Of a DNA stretch of 64,000 bases, positions 1-12,921 are shown piece by piece. Origin of the DNA: Octopus vulgaris (taxonomy: Eukaryota); assembly GCA_951406725.2 (NCBI GenBank), contig OX597831.1, positions 77,562,001 to 77,626,000 of the forward strand, given 5' to 3'. The number at the start of each line of letters is the position of its first letter. The first letter of the stretch is position 1. Under the pieces are notes generated by a model. That model worked only from the letters and a program-made list of their open reading frames with translations. It searched no databases and had not been told where the DNA came from. The position numbers were made by a program, and so were the translations under genes.

Positions 1-62
1 TTATTCTGGTGGCTGTGGCGAAAGAGGTTGTTTGGTGGAGATTATTATTATTATTATCATCA

Positions 63-109
<47 letters not shown>

Positions 110-110
110 G

Positions 111-142
<32 letters not shown>

Positions 143-191
143 ATCATCATCATTTTTATTATCATTATTATCATCATCATCATCATCATCA

Positions 192-241
<50 letters not shown>

Positions 242-242
<1 letters not shown>

Positions 243-1750
243 TATGTTTGACTTTTGCTTTATGTCTGTACAAGTTGGCTCCAAGTCTCACCCAGAGACC
301 TAAAGAGACAACAGGTTGGAAGTTCTGTGCCATACATTTGGGGTTTTTTTTTTGTTTTTTTTTGTGTTGTACTAGTGAATGTCTAATACATAAAAATTAA
401 AATTAAAAAAAAAAAAAGTTTGTTTTAAACCTTGGGATTACATAGAGAGTATTTTGCGTAGGATATGAGCAGTTCCCATGAGCACTATCTTTTGAATTTC
501 TGCCATTTTGGGGTTTCCTGGTATCTGAGTTAGGTAGCAATCAGTCCCTTTCGCTATCATTCCCAGGGCACCTATGACAACAGGTATTGTTTTAGTCTCC
601 AGCTTCCACATTTTGCTGATTTCTATTTCAAGATCTTTATATTTGCTCAGTTTTTGGTAGGTCATGACAGATACGTTTATATCGATTGGGACAGTCATAT
701 CAATGAGGAGGCATGTTCTTTGTCTGAAGTCTTTCAATATGATGTCTGGCCTATTTGCATCTATCTTCCTGTCAGTTTGAATGGTGAAGTTCCAGAGGAG
801 TGAAATGTGGTCATTTTCAAGCACTGGAGGTGGATTGTGTTCCCACCGGTTTTTTTCATGGGGCAAATCCATGTTTTTGCAAATTACCCAGTGAATATAT
901 TGTGCAGCTCTATCATGCTTACTGAGGTACTCTGTAGGCACTAGAAGACTGCATTTGGAGACAACACGATCAATGGTTTCATTTTGTTGTCGGCATTCAC
1001 GACATGTTGGGCTACTGCCGTTCTTTAATATGTTGGCCTGGTAGTTTCTTGTTGGTAGGCATTGATCTTGAGCTGCTATGATAAACCCCTCTGTTTCAGA
1101 TTTTAAGCCAGAGGCCATTAGCCATTGACGGGTCAGGGCTTTGTCGATATCTGCATTATTCGCTCTCTTTGGGTATTTGCCATAGAGAGGTTTTTCTTGC
1201 CATTTATCCTTCAGAATATCTAAGGCCGCAGTTTTGGCACGGGTTTTCATGCGCCTAGCTTTTTCTGTGTTTGTTTCTTGTATATCTATCTCTAATTCCG
1301 AAATTGGTTCTATTCGGAATTCACTTAGGTATTCCTTTGCCTGTTTTGTGACTGAGTATGATGCTTTCTCGTTTTCATGTTTTGAGACAAGTTTTAACAT
1401 CCAGTCCTCACAGTTTTTCAGGTAGGTGTCTAGGCCAATTGTAGCAATCTTCATTGTTATTGCTAGTTGCAAAAGACCACGGCCTCCCTCTTTTCTTGGC
1501 AGATAGAGTCGTTCTGTATCTGCCTTAGGGTGGTGCATTCTATGCATTGTCAACAGTTTCCTTATTTTTCTGTCGAGCTGACATATTTCAGTAATTGACC
1601 AGTTAACAATATTGAAACTGTAAGTCACGACTGGTATGGCTAATGCATTGATCGCTTCGATTCTGTTTCTTGCATTCAGCTCTGTCTTGAGTATTGCTCT
1701 CACTCTTCGATAGCATTCTCTCCTGATCCTTTCCTTCATCTCTGAATGCC
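242..1750 (-). mobile_element. 5'-truncated R4/Dong-clade non-LTR retrotransposon (family A, copy 1) with 3' UTR, embedded in (TAA)n arrays
   Basis: ORF encodes RT C-terminal region (RLYLPRKEGGRGL, LKSETEGFIIAAQDQ), CCHC-like knuckle (CRECRQQNETIDRVVSKC, His replaced), KHD/RHD motif and RLE motif (NRPDII...LIDMTVP...KYKDL). 3' UTR ends ...GTCAAACATAG then (AAT)n. (ATT)n lies on both sides. Confidence 0.92.
438..1750 (-). pseudogene. RT C-terminus plus restriction-like endonuclease ORF fragment; still open, but the N-terminal extension in the ORF track is microsatellite read-through
   Basis: ORF 438..1937; recognisable homology starts at RHSEMKERIRRECYRRVRAILKTELN just after the poly-Ile run. 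Confidence 0.88.
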
Positions 1751-1762
1751 TTATTATTATTA

Positions 1763-1836
<74 letters not shown>

Positions 1837-1867
1837 GTTGTTGTTGTTGTTGTTGTTGTTATTATTA

Positions 1868-2415
1868 TTATTCTGGGGGCTGTGGCGAAAGGGGATGTTT
1901 GGTGGACAAGGCTGAAAGGCCACGAGGACAGATACATTCCTGTTTGGTAGAGCTCTCATTGACTTCTCCAAGTTTCCCTTCAAAATTGAATTGAGGGTGG
2001 AGAAGGAAGCGCTGTCCTTGAATGTGTTCATTGAATGATGGCCGGAAGCTGCGAAAATGGCAAGCGTGGATGGTACCTCTGTGAGTGTAGACCAGTGAGT
2101 CGGAGAGGAAGAATTAGAGATGGCAATTGCTCTCGGTGTTCAGGGAAATCTCGGACAGTGGGGTTCCTCGATTATCTCTAGAGGCCTCCCTGTATCAGGA
2201 GGGCCACATCTCTATCATCCTACCCGCCACTTTTTAAACCTTTGTATGCTATACACATGTTCCTTCTTTTACAGTGTATACCGTATATACTTTCATTTCA
2301 TTTGCTATTCATCATTTCATTATTATATATACCCCCCCCCCCCCACACGCACTTTATGTCTGTCTTTGTATTGTCCCCCCCCTCATCTTTCACCCTTCTG
2401 GGAAATAAATGAAAT
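1868..2415 (+). mobile_element. 3' end of an L1/Tx1-like LINE (ORF2 C-terminus, 3' UTR, AATAAA, (ATC)n tail)
   Basis: Translates AVAKGDVWWTRLKG...LFGRALIDFSKFPFKIELRVEKEAL, homologous to VMAKECIWWTLLKG...LSGQSLINFFKYHLKRKVRVEREIL at 37200-37335. GAAATAAATGAAATCATCATC terminus. Confidence 0.7.
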
Positions 2416-2479
2416 CATCATCATAGTCATCATCATCATCATCACCACCACCATCACCACAGCTTGGCACCAGTGTCGT

Positions 2480-2630
2480 TGAAACTCGATTTCTGCAGCT
2501 GAGCTAACTGGAGCAACGTGAAATAAAGTGTCTTGCTCAAGAACACAACATGCAGTCCGGTCCGGGAATCGAGATCACAACCTCACGATCGTAATCTCAA
2601 TGCTCCAACTACTGAGCCATGCGCCTTCAT
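2480..2630 (-). mobile_element. tRNA-derived SINE fragment (family C-related variant)
   Basis: Minus strand reads GAAGGCGCATGGCTCAGTAGTTGGAGC...CTCGATTCCCGGACC...TTGAGCAAGACACTTTATTTCACGTTGCTCCAG; matches 29540-29690 and 49930-50070. Confidence 0.7.
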
Positions 2631-2640
2631 ATGTATATAT

Positions 2641-2749
<109 letters not shown>

Positions 2750-2754
2750 CGATC

Positions 2755-2831
<77 letters not shown>

Positions 2832-3046
2832 GTATGTAGGTGGATGGATGGATGGATGGATAGGTAGATAAAAAGTTATTACAATTTATTACTTGAGCCT
2901 GATCCAACCCAAATAAATAAAAATATTAATAAACCAACAATAAAAGATATAGATAGCCTTATAGAAACACTTAAAAAAATCTCCTTCAAAAACTAATACT
3001 CCACACACAAAACAAAAAGACTTATAAATAAAATATTACCATACCT

Positions 3047-3209
3047 AGGCGTAGGAGTGGCTGTGTGGTAAGTAGCTTGTTTACCAACCACATGGTTCCG
3101 GGTTCAGTCCCACTGTGTGGCACCTTGGGCAAGTGTCTTTTACAATAGCCTCGGGCCGACCAAAGCCTTGTGAGTGGATTTGGTAGACGGAAACTGAAAG
3201 AAGCCCGTC

Positions 3210-3252
<43 letters not shown>

Positions 3253-3480
3253 TGTGTGTGTTTGTGTGTCTGTGTTTGTCCCCCTAGCATTGTTTGACAA
3301 CCGATGCTGGTGTGTTTATGTCCCCGTTACTTAGCGATTCGGCAAAAGAGACCGATAGAATAAGTACTGGGCTTACAAAAGAATAAGACCCGGGGTCGAT
3401 TTGCTCGATTAAAGGCGGTGCTCCAGCATGGCCGCAGTCAAATGACTGAAACAAATAAAAGAGTAAAAGAGTAAAAGAGT
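3047..3480 (+). mobile_element. tRNA-derived SINE family A, full length, with internal (TA)n/(TG)n
   Basis: A-box-like TGGCTGTGTGG, B-box-like GGTTCAGTCCC, CORE-like GGCACCTTGGGCAAGTG, (GAGTAAAA)n tail. Near-identical copies at 25208-25626 and 48310-48717. Confidence 0.9.
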
Positions 3481-3999
3481 ATGTATATGTATATGTATGT
3501 ATGTATACCTATATACATGCACCCTATACACGTGTTTTTCATGCCTGCCTACATATGTGGTGAAAGTGTATTGAAGTCTAACAGGTGTTTAATTCGGTAA
3601 CTTACCGTCAATATTGTAGACACCGTTTCAGGCTCTATATTACTATATTGTTCCACTGATTCTATACACCTGTTTATGCTTTCACATCACCGACTTTTCA
3701 GTTTTCACGATGTCTTATAATCTTTATAACCAGTTAACATTACCATTTTATACAATGGCCCTTTTTTTTTCTTTTTCTCCTCTCTTTCTCTATCACCCCT
3801 TATAGCTGTATGACTCTTTCATTGTGTCTGTCTAGCACGCTACTTAATTATATATGTAATTGTGTGTGTGTGTGTGTGTGTGTTTGTTTGTGAGATGTCT
3901 GTGGGTAAGTGTATTGTGACACACATATATATGTATGCGTGTGCGCATCTCTGTCTTTCTCTCTCTCTTTGGTGTATGTGTGTGTGAGTAAAGATAGAT

Positions 4000-4048
<49 letters not shown>

Positions 4049-4206
4049 AAGTTTGTATGCGTGGCTACAAGTTATATATGTGTTCTACATTTATATCATT
4101 AATTCACCCGAACACGTTTTCGGTTTTCTATGAATGAATACCTACCTACCTACCTACCTACCTACCTACTTACCCACCTACATACATACATACATACATA
4201 CATACA

Positions 4207-4237
<31 letters not shown>

Positions 4238-4347
4238 GATATAGATATAGATATAAATGAGAGAAAAACAGAGAGAGAGAGAGAGTGCATATATATGTTT
4301 GTATATATCTATATATCTATATATATATCTATCTATATATATATATC

Positions 4348-4386
<39 letters not shown>

Positions 4387-4395
4387 GTGTGTGTA

Positions 4396-4432
<37 letters not shown>

Positions 4433-4752
4433 ATGTATGTATATATGTATGTATGTATGTATGTATACACTTACAATATTTATAGTTTGCTGTATGTCCG
4501 TGCGTACGAATGTATATAAAGCGCCACTGAAATAAAAGTTATCAACAAGTTGGTTATTCATTCTTTAACAAATAAATTCCTCCATTTTGAATCTGTGTTC
4601 TGTCATGTCTTATAGAAAATATGTGACATTCTTTAAAAACAAAAGCCATTCGAATAATAAACAGGCCAGACTGGCTCTTGTCAAACTGTAACTTGTAAAT
4701 ATAGAAGTTGAAACAACAAAATGTAGAAACTATACGTAAGACGCTCACATGG

Positions 4753-4821
<69 letters not shown>

Positions 4822-4860
4822 TATTTGTGTGTATGTGGATACACATTCACGTACAACTAT

Positions 4861-4891
<31 letters not shown>

Positions 4892-5092
4892 CATGTATAT
4901 GCGTAAGTATGTATTTTAATACAGGTACATACGTAATTCAAATGGTTGTGTTCACGCAGAATTAGGTTTTAGAAGTCCCATGGCGCCGTGTTCGATTCCA
5001 GTTCGTAACATTGTAGGAAAATTGTTTTATCATGGTTTCGTTTGAATGAAATGTGGTAGAGGGGATCTTGCGTGGAAAATCTTTTTTTTTTT

Positions 5093-5648
5093 GTACTCTA
5101 GCCACAAGGCCCAAAATTTTGGGGGAGGGGCCCAGTCAATTAGATCGACCACAGTACGCAACTGGTTCTTAATTTATCGACCCCGGAAGGATGAAACGCA
5201 AGGTCGTCCTTGGCGGAATTTGAACTCAGAACGTAAAGACAGACGAAATACCTATTTCTTTACAACCCGCAAGGGGCTAAACACAGAAGGGACAAACAAG
5301 GACAGACAAATGGATTATGTCGATTATATCGACCCCAGTTCGTAACTGGTGCTTATTTAATCGACCCCAAAAGGATGATAGGCAAAGTCGACCTCGGCGG
5401 AATTTGAACTCAGAACGTAGCGGCAGACGAAATACCTATTTTTTTACTACCCACAAGGGGGTAAACACAGAAGGGACAAACAAGGACAAGCAAACAGATT
5501 AAGTCGATTATATCGACCCCGGTTCGTAACTGGTGCTTATTTAATCGACCCCAAAAGGATGATAGGCAAAGTCGACCTCGGCGGAATTTGAACTCAGAAC
5601 GCAGACGAAATACGGCTACGCATTTCGCCCGGCGCGCTAACGTTTCTG
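5093..5648 (-). mobile_element. SINE family B, three head-to-tail partial copies
   Basis: GTCGACCTCGGCGGAATTTGAACTCAGAACG (first copy variant) occurs three times, near 5203, 5387 and 5571; B-box GTTCAAATTCC on the minus strand. Confidence 0.88.
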
Positions 5649-6763
5649 TATGTTTCTTTGTGTAAGGATGATACACTGTGTGACAAAATCCAGAACCCCA
5701 GAATTATGAACAGAACTGCTTAGCCATTTGACTGCACAAGGCTTGCACACCTGTGCATGTACTTACACTCACGCACAAGCGTGCACGTACAAGCACCTGC
5801 AAGTACCGCACACGCATGCGCGTACGAGTAGCCGCACATACTCATTCACACGTACTTATGAATACCCGAAGGCCCTTTGTCCGGCACCCAACCAATTAAC
5901 ATCCGATGCCCGAGTAATAAAGAACAATTAAGCTGAAAAAATATATCGATGATGAAAGTAAAAATATTTAAAAAAAGTAATGAAGAGCCCCCACCCCACC
6001 CCCACCCTGCGCGCAAAAAAAAAAACATGAAGGAAGAAAATTTAAAGGTGCGATGAAAGAAACAAGAATAAAAAATAAAAGTAAGGATTGAAAAAATCCT
6101 GAAGAGTGAAAAAGAAACGAAAGGAATTAAAAAGCAAAGAAAGAGAAGGAAAGTGTCCGGTCAAAGAATGGTAAAAAGAGTGGAAGAAACAATGAAAGAA
6201 ATCGACAAAGAAGGTTCCAATGCAATAATTGGCTTCATTCTTTGACTAAATGGTTTTCAGATTTTTTTCTACTCAGGAGAGAATTTCTTGCCTGACGGCC
6301 AAAAAATCGTTGTGGTCTTGTTGCCAACTAAATCCATTTCTCTACTCCCCCGCCCTCTCTGTCTGTCTGTCTGTCTCTCCCCCTCTCTCTCTTTCTTCCT
6401 CTCTCTTCTAGTTAAACGAAGGTATTTCTACCGAACCCACACACAAAGAATTTTGCATTTTCTTACTTTTCTCTTTTCGTTTTCCGTCTTCTTCGCATCC
6501 AAACCGTTTAACCATTTTAATTAATAATTATTCCAACCTTAAGGCTGAAATGTACGAACGGATAAAATACAGAAATCTCAGATTTTTTTTTTATTATTAT
6601 TTTTTTCTTTCTTTTTTCGTAAAATGAATGTTCGGGTCTCTCTGCAAGTTCTTTGTAAAAGTATTTACGTAGGTAGGTGTTTTCAATGGATATCGCCGTT
6701 ACATTCAAAAACATAACCTGCAATACGTGTGCATATACGGGTGGCGCGCGTCTTACTCTGTGT

Positions 6764-6812
<49 letters not shown>

Positions 6813-6822
6813 TGTGTGTGTG

Positions 6823-6864
<42 letters not shown>

Positions 6865-6866
<2 letters not shown>

Positions 6867-7095
6867 GGCGGTGAGCTGGCAGAAACGTTAGCACGCCGAG
6901 CGTAATGCGTAGCCGTATTTCGTCTGCCGTTACGTTCTGATTTCAAATTCCGCCGAGGTCGACTTTGCCTTTCATCCTTTCGGGGTCGATAAATAAAGTA
7001 CCAGTTACGCGCTGGGGTCGATGTAATCGACTTAATCCCTTTGTCTGTCCTTGTTTGTCCCCTCTATGTTTAGCCCCTTGTGGGTAGTAAAGAAA
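6865..7095 (+). mobile_element. tRNA-derived SINE family B, full length
   Basis: AAGGCGGTGAGCTGGCAGAAACGTTAGCACGCC head, TTCAAATTCCGCCGAGGTCGAC B-box region, tail TAGCCCCTTGTGGGTAGTAAAGAAAT; more than 15 related copies in the window. Confidence 0.9.
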
Positions 7096-7135
7096 TATAT
7101 ATATTTGTATATGTATGTATGTATGTGTGTATGTA

Positions 7136-7167
<32 letters not shown>

Positions 7168-7170
<3 letters not shown>

Positions 7171-7271
7171 CATTATTCAGTTTTATTTTAAGACTTCTTG
7201 CCAATAGAGAAAGAGCCGGTTTCTAACCTAGATCCAAGGTTCCTTCGTTGGAACTTCAACATCTACAACAG
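7168..7271 (-). mobile_element. ~105-bp retroposon 3'-end fragment flanked by (CATA)n-type repeats
   Basis: Reverse complement of 22358-22462; has AATAAA followed by ACTGAATAATGACATAC. Confidence 0.7.
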
Positions 7272-7349
7272 CGTATGTATGTATGTAAGTACTATATATG
7301 TATGTATGTATTTAAGTACTATATGTGTATGTATGTATATGTATGTATG

Positions 7350-7383
<34 letters not shown>

Positions 7384-8207
7384 TGTATGTATGTATGTAT
7401 GTATATATGTATGTATATATGTATGTATGTATATATGTATGTATGTATATATATATGTATGTATATATGTATGTATGTATGTATTTATGTATTTATGTAT
7501 GTATATAAGAAAACACAATCTTGTGTGATTAGTGGTGGTCATAATCGGTAAAAATTATATTTATTAAGTATAAAATTTCTTAGTTTCTTTTACCGTTCGA
7601 TGGAGATTTCTCACCTTTCGGACAATGAACTTTCATCGTTTTTTCCGTTTTTTTTTTTTAGAGTAGTTTGTTTTCTTTGCACTTAGTCCATTTGAGTTTG
7701 AACACAGAGAAGGAGGACAAGAAATAAGAGAGCTGATATTTATGTATTCGTACAAGGAGAGTTGTAGAGAGAGAGAGAGAAAGAAAATTTAGCTGGTGAG
7801 GTGAGAAACTTGAAAGCCAAGCGGAAGGAAAACGAATATGAAGAGCAAAATTAAGAGCGATGAGAGTGGACGAGTCCAAACGGTAAGGAAAAGCCCATTT
7901 TAAGAGGGGCCAGGCGATTTCCTTAAGATATAAGGGGAAGGAAGTGCCGAGGGCGAGTGGGATGCGTTTCTCTTTGTGCCTCCTAGAGTGTGACGTCCCA
8001 TGGCAAACACACATTGATAAGAAAGCGGTTAACGCAATGCCTAAATGTATTGAAATGCTGTGCCACGGAGGGCACTGAGTGCATTAGAGAATGCTACAAA
8101 TGTGCTAGCAGACGCAATCCCTCAGGTGATTGTCTGTTTTACTTGCACTGCAGAATTTGCATGTGCTGCAAGCCAATGTGCAGCTGAAGTTTTGGGTGAC
8201 ATGATAC

Positions 8208-8285
<78 letters not shown>

Positions 8286-8286
8286 T

Positions 8287-8845
8287 TGCATTAATGGCAA
8301 CTGGGAGATATACTGACTTATGTGTTATGTCCAACAGTTGTCACGTGTGTGACAAATTCGGTTATTGGTTGTGTCTCACCACCGAAAGGCCCTTTTAATT
8401 GGACATAGCAGTGTTCCTTTGTCTAGTTACTATGGCGAAAAATTGTTTGTGTGACGGATGAGGCTGAAAGAATTGAAGACATCCCTTTATCTCTGGGCAA
8501 GCCCTCATCAATATTGGGAAATGTGTGTGGGGGTGAGAGAAAGAGAGAAAGAGAAAGAAAGACAGGTATACATACATATATATATATTATCCTCCTGGGA
8601 ATTTTGTCAAAAGATAGGTAGCTGTAGATGACTGGCATAATTCTAAGCATGTGTCTAAAGACTGGAGAAGAAAAGTTATACGAGGGCTCGTGCCATTCAG
8701 ATGGGACGATCTTGGAGCTGTAGGATCCCTTGACCGGCTCCAGTTGGAGATCCTCCTGTATCAGGAGGACCGTATCGTAGATTTGGTTGCATGTTTTGTG
8801 AACTCTCGAATATCCTTCTTTATTTCAGTCATTAAACTGTAACCA
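8287..8845 (+). mobile_element. Degenerate 3' end of L1/Tx1-like LINE
   Basis: IAVFLCLVTMAKNC...MRLKELKTSLYL..GQALIN resembles 37180-37290; shares the CCTGTATCAGGAGG hairpin with 2183-2205. Confidence 0.6.
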
Positions 8846-8926
8846 AGCTGGGGCATCGCCTTGAAGTTTTCAGTCGAATGAATCGACCCCTGTGCTTACT
8901 TTTTAAGAATTATATTTGTATTATTA

Positions 8927-9193
8927 TAAAGTAATGATTATTTGCAAATTTACCTAATTTGGCAGTCTCGTTTGGAACGAGTGCTACTGTTTAGCCCCAG
9001 GAGACATCGCCTCCAGCTGGCTATACGACACACGATCTATGTCCTTAAATATATATACATATGTTCGAGAATATAAGGACACAGATCGTGTGACGTATAG
9101 CCAGCTGGAGACGATGTCTCCTGGAGCTAAACAACAGTAGCATTCGTCCCAAACGAGACTGCCATATTAGGTTTGCAAATAATCGTTATTTTA
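8927..9193. repeat. Long inverted repeat (~120-bp arms, ~26-bp spacer)
   Basis: 8927-9047 is the reverse complement of 9074-9193 with a few mismatches (e.g. CTCCAGCTGGCTATACG / CGTATAGCCAGCTGGAG). Confidence 0.95.
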
Positions 9194-9379
9194 AAGTACT
9201 GCCACTTAATATCTCTCGTTGAGAGATTTAGGAACAATAATGTTTCTATTTATTTGTCTTACCATCCTTTTTATATAAATTTTTAAAAGAATAATCTTGT
9301 TATGCTTTTCCCTCGTGACGCGTATTCACTTCCAGCGTCCACTTCTTTGGCTACTCTTCTTACCTTTGCACATTTAGTA

Positions 9380-9437
9380 ACATTTACCTTCAGGTTTTGT
9401 CACTCAATATCATTGTTTAGTGGCTTCATCAGTGTGT
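9380..9437 (-). ncRNA. Degenerate type I hammerhead ribozyme motif
   Basis: Minus strand: CTGATGA-A-GCCACT...AGTGAC-A-AAACC-TGAA-GGTA. G12 is mutated to A and stem I is poorly paired. Confidence 0.55.
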
Positions 9438-9568
9438 GTGTGTGTGTAGTGCGTGTAATATAAAACGAGTGAGCGTGAAAGAGACTGATTTGTGGACGTT
9501 CAACTGTATTCTGTTTTCTTTTCAAATGTTAGTTCAATTGGATCATCCATCCACAGATCGCTTACACC

Positions 9569-9783
9569 TTTAACCCTTCAACATTTAAACCGGCCATATC
9601 GGGCTCAAATATTCTAATAGTTTTATGTTCAAACTGGCAAGATCCAGCCTCTCACACCTACTCTGCAATATCATCCTAAAAATAAACTATCACATCTTCA
9701 AAATCTCAAAGCTACAAGATAATAACAGGATAAATTTTATAAAATGTGAATGTATAACATTTGAAATTTGACTTCGTTAGGGT
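9569..9783. mobile_element. Putative piggyBac-like MITE remnant
   Basis: Begins TTAACCCTT and ends ...TAGGGT (TTAA/CCCT termini are typical of piggyBac); right end is degenerate. Confidence 0.35.
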
Positions 9784-10084
9784 CCCAACACCTTCGATGT
9801 ATCAATATACAATATGTATATTTGTGTATAGTTACGAAGAATTTTCTCTAAAGAATGCACTTATATTCTCTACATGTATTTTTACACGCATACTATTGTA
9901 TATATGTGTGTGTACATGTTTGTGTGTGTGCATATATGTGCATGGAGATGTAATTATATATATTTGCATATCTGTGTACATCTGCGTTCATGAACCCACG
10001 GTTGCTTCTATACTCAGTACAGTGTATGTGAGTGCATATACGTATCTGCATGAGAACGCTATGTTGAATCGTTAGCTCCTGCAC

Positions 10085-10266
10085 GCATTTTTTTCTCTCC
10101 TTGTTTCTCTCCTTGTTTCTTTTCTGTGTATCTTTCTGTCGAAGAGCGTAGGCTCGAAACATAAAAGACTTGTTTTATTTTTATTCCTGAGCGTCATACT
10201 AATACAATTGTTTGTTTGTACTCCACCTGCCTTAGTCTTTTGTTTATTTTCATAAACCTTCCCGTT
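10085..10266 (+). mobile_element. Short Penelope-like (pLTR-type) element with minimal hammerhead at 10131-10168
   Basis: TCTTT-CTGTCGA-A-GAGC-GTAG-GCTC-GAAAC-ATA-AAAGA; homologous to 62462-62635 on the minus strand. Confidence 0.65.
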
Positions 10267-10324
<58 letters not shown>

Positions 10325-10544
10325 CAATAAGAAAATGGAGGGGATCAATAGGTTGTTCATCGTCTTTTAGACATTATATTACGTTCACTTATTTGTTTAT
10401 TTACTAAGCTGATAATTACAATAATATACATACTTATAACATATTATTCTTTTCATATAAGATATAAGATATAAAATATAGTAATATGTAAGGATAAGAG
10501 ATATATGTATATGTGTGTGGGTGTGAGTGTTTGTGTGTAGACGT

Positions 10545-10726
10545 GACTCCGTACTAAGAGGTATGCTTCACCAACCACACGTTTCTGGGTTCAGTCTCCC
10601 TGCGAGGCACCTTGGGCGAATGTCTTCTAAAGGCAATGAACCCGGAACCATGTGGTTGCTAAGCAAACATCACACCACATAACCACGCCTACGTAATTGT
10701 GTGTGTGTGTGTGTGTGTGTGTGTAT

Positions 10727-10774
<48 letters not shown>

Positions 10775-10930
10775 GTAAGTCTGTGTCTTAGTGTTTGCCC
10801 TGCACTACCGCTTCGGAACCGGTGTCAGGTTTAGAAAAAAAAAGGTGGGGACTGAGGTTAATTCGTTTGATTATAACCTTTCAAGGCGGTGCCCCAGCAT
10901 GACCGCAGTGTAAGGACTGAAACAAGAGCA
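10545..10930 (+). mobile_element. Degenerate SINE family A
   Basis: CCAACCACACGTTTCTGGGTTCAGTC...GGCACCTTGGGCGAATGTCTTC; 3' AAGGCGGTGCCCCAGCATGACCGCAG. Confidence 0.7.
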
Positions 10931-10988
10931 ATGAGATGCATAATGTACGAATATATGTGTATGCACTAGTAGTCACGTCTGTATATAT

Positions 10989-11043
<55 letters not shown>

Positions 11044-11050
11044 TATATAA

Positions 11051-11107
<57 letters not shown>

Positions 11108-11422
11108 CATGTGTATGCGTATATGTGTGCGCGTATAAATATATATATATATAATGTGCATTTGTGTACTTGTAAACATGTATTATAAAGCCATGCGTTG
11201 TTAAGTGCATTGCCCCAGTCTAACTGCACCTCATCCTGCGCGATACCCCACAAACCCACCCGCTTCCTTGCTGATGTTCTTAACACATGTTTCCCTCTGT
11301 GACATCACCAAAATTGTCAACGAACCAGAATACGATAACAGCAATTAGCAGTCACCCATCTCCTGTTTATGAAGCCGATAATTATCATTAATTTATTTAT
11401 TGAAACATTTATCCCCTGCCAC

Positions 11423-11430
11423 TGTTATTA

Positions 11431-11501
<71 letters not shown>

Positions 11502-11559
11502 ATTGTTATTATTAGTATTATTATTGTTATTATTATTAATATTATTATCATTATTACTA

Positions 11560-11626
<67 letters not shown>

Positions 11627-11690
11627 TGTTATTATTATTATCATTATTATTATTATTGTTATCGTTGTTGTTATTATTGTTATTATTGAT
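11423..11690. repeat. (ATT)n microsatellite
   Basis: Direct inspection. Confidence 0.95.
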
Positions 11691-12034
11691 AAAAATAATT
11701 AGTGATGTATTATGTGTGCGTTAATACATTGTACGACAAAGTACTTTATCGCCCGTCGATGGCAGGAATGTGAAAGTCTGGAGAATCGGTTTGTGAAAAT
11801 CCGGCACGGAATAATCGGCTTTGCCTTATCAAAGAAATTTAATTTGTATCTGCAAGGATCTTTGGATGAATCTTCATTTTGGATTAGAGTCTACAAGATA
11901 ATTATTAGATTCTTCGTATTTCACAGATTGCATATTTTAATTGACCGCTATCGCGCTTGTGTGCGCGTGTGTGTGGGGGAGGTATACATACACACAAATA
12001 CAGAGCCAGCCCAAAAAATGCGCATACACACTTC

Positions 12035-12198
12035 AAGAAGAAGAAGAAGAAGAAGAAGAAGAAGAAGAAGAAGAAGAAGAAGAAGAAGAAGAAGAAGAAG
12101 AAGAAGAAGAAGAAGAAGAAGAAGAAGAAGCAAAAGAAGAAGAAGAAGAAGAAGAAGAAGAAGAAGAAGAAGAAGAAGAAGAAGAAGAAGAAGAAGAA
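12035..12198. repeat. (GAA)n microsatellite
   Basis: Direct inspection. Confidence 0.97.
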
Positions 12199-12237
12199 AT
12201 AAACGTGTGCAAATAGTTTAATACAACATTTCTTCAC

Positions 12238-12422
12238 GTATTTCTGCTGTTACGTTCTGAGTTCAAATTCCGCCGAGGTCGACTTTGCCTTTCATCCTTT
12301 CGTGGTCGATAAATTAAGTACCAGTCACGCACTGGGGTCGACGTAATCGACTTAATCCGTTTGTCTGTCCTCGTTTGTCCCCTCTGTGTTTAGCCCCTTG
12401 TGGGTAGTAAAGAAATAGGTAT
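12238..12422 (+). mobile_element. SINE family B, 5'-truncated
   Basis: GTTCTGAGTTCAAATTCCGCCGAGGTCGAC...GGGTAGTAAAGAAATAGG. Confidence 0.88.
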
Positions 12423-12579
12423 TACTACTAGTTACCTTTTAATCTCTATACTCACAAGAGGTACTCAATGTGGTGGTCATTAGCTCAGATATGGTACGGT
12501 CGACTAGTGCCTTTTTTTTCCAAAAATCGAACCACGTTCGAAAAGCTACCCATCGAAAAAGAATAGGCAAAAAATATTC

Positions 12580-12792
12580 TTTTCTACTCTAGACACAGGG
12601 CCCGAAAATTTGGGGGAGGAGGGTAGTCGATTAGATCGACCCCAGTATGCAACTGATACTTAATTTTATCGACTCCGAAAGGATGAAAAGCAAAGTCGAG
12701 CTCGGCGGAATTTGAACTCAGAACGTAAGGATAGACGAAATACCACTAAGCATTTCGCCGGCGTGCTAACGTTTCTGCCAGCTCGCCGCCTT
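12580..12792 (-). mobile_element. SINE family B, alternative-tail variant
   Basis: Ends ...CTGCCAGCTCGCCGCCTT; B-box GGAATTTGAACTCAG on the plus strand. Confidence 0.88.
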
Positions 12793-12921
12793 ATAAGCAA
12801 AAGATTAAAGATAGCTCGTGTGAATAATGTGGTGTCTGTGTAAACTTAGTATTAAGATATTTCTACACGTTTTGCTTTTTCTTGAAATAAGTATTCATTC
12901 TTTTTGGTGGATATAGGTATA

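Noticed and set aside
1751-1937. N-terminus of the 499-aa ORF
   Set aside because: Read-through across an (AAT)n array into the antisense strand of an adjacent LINE fragment.
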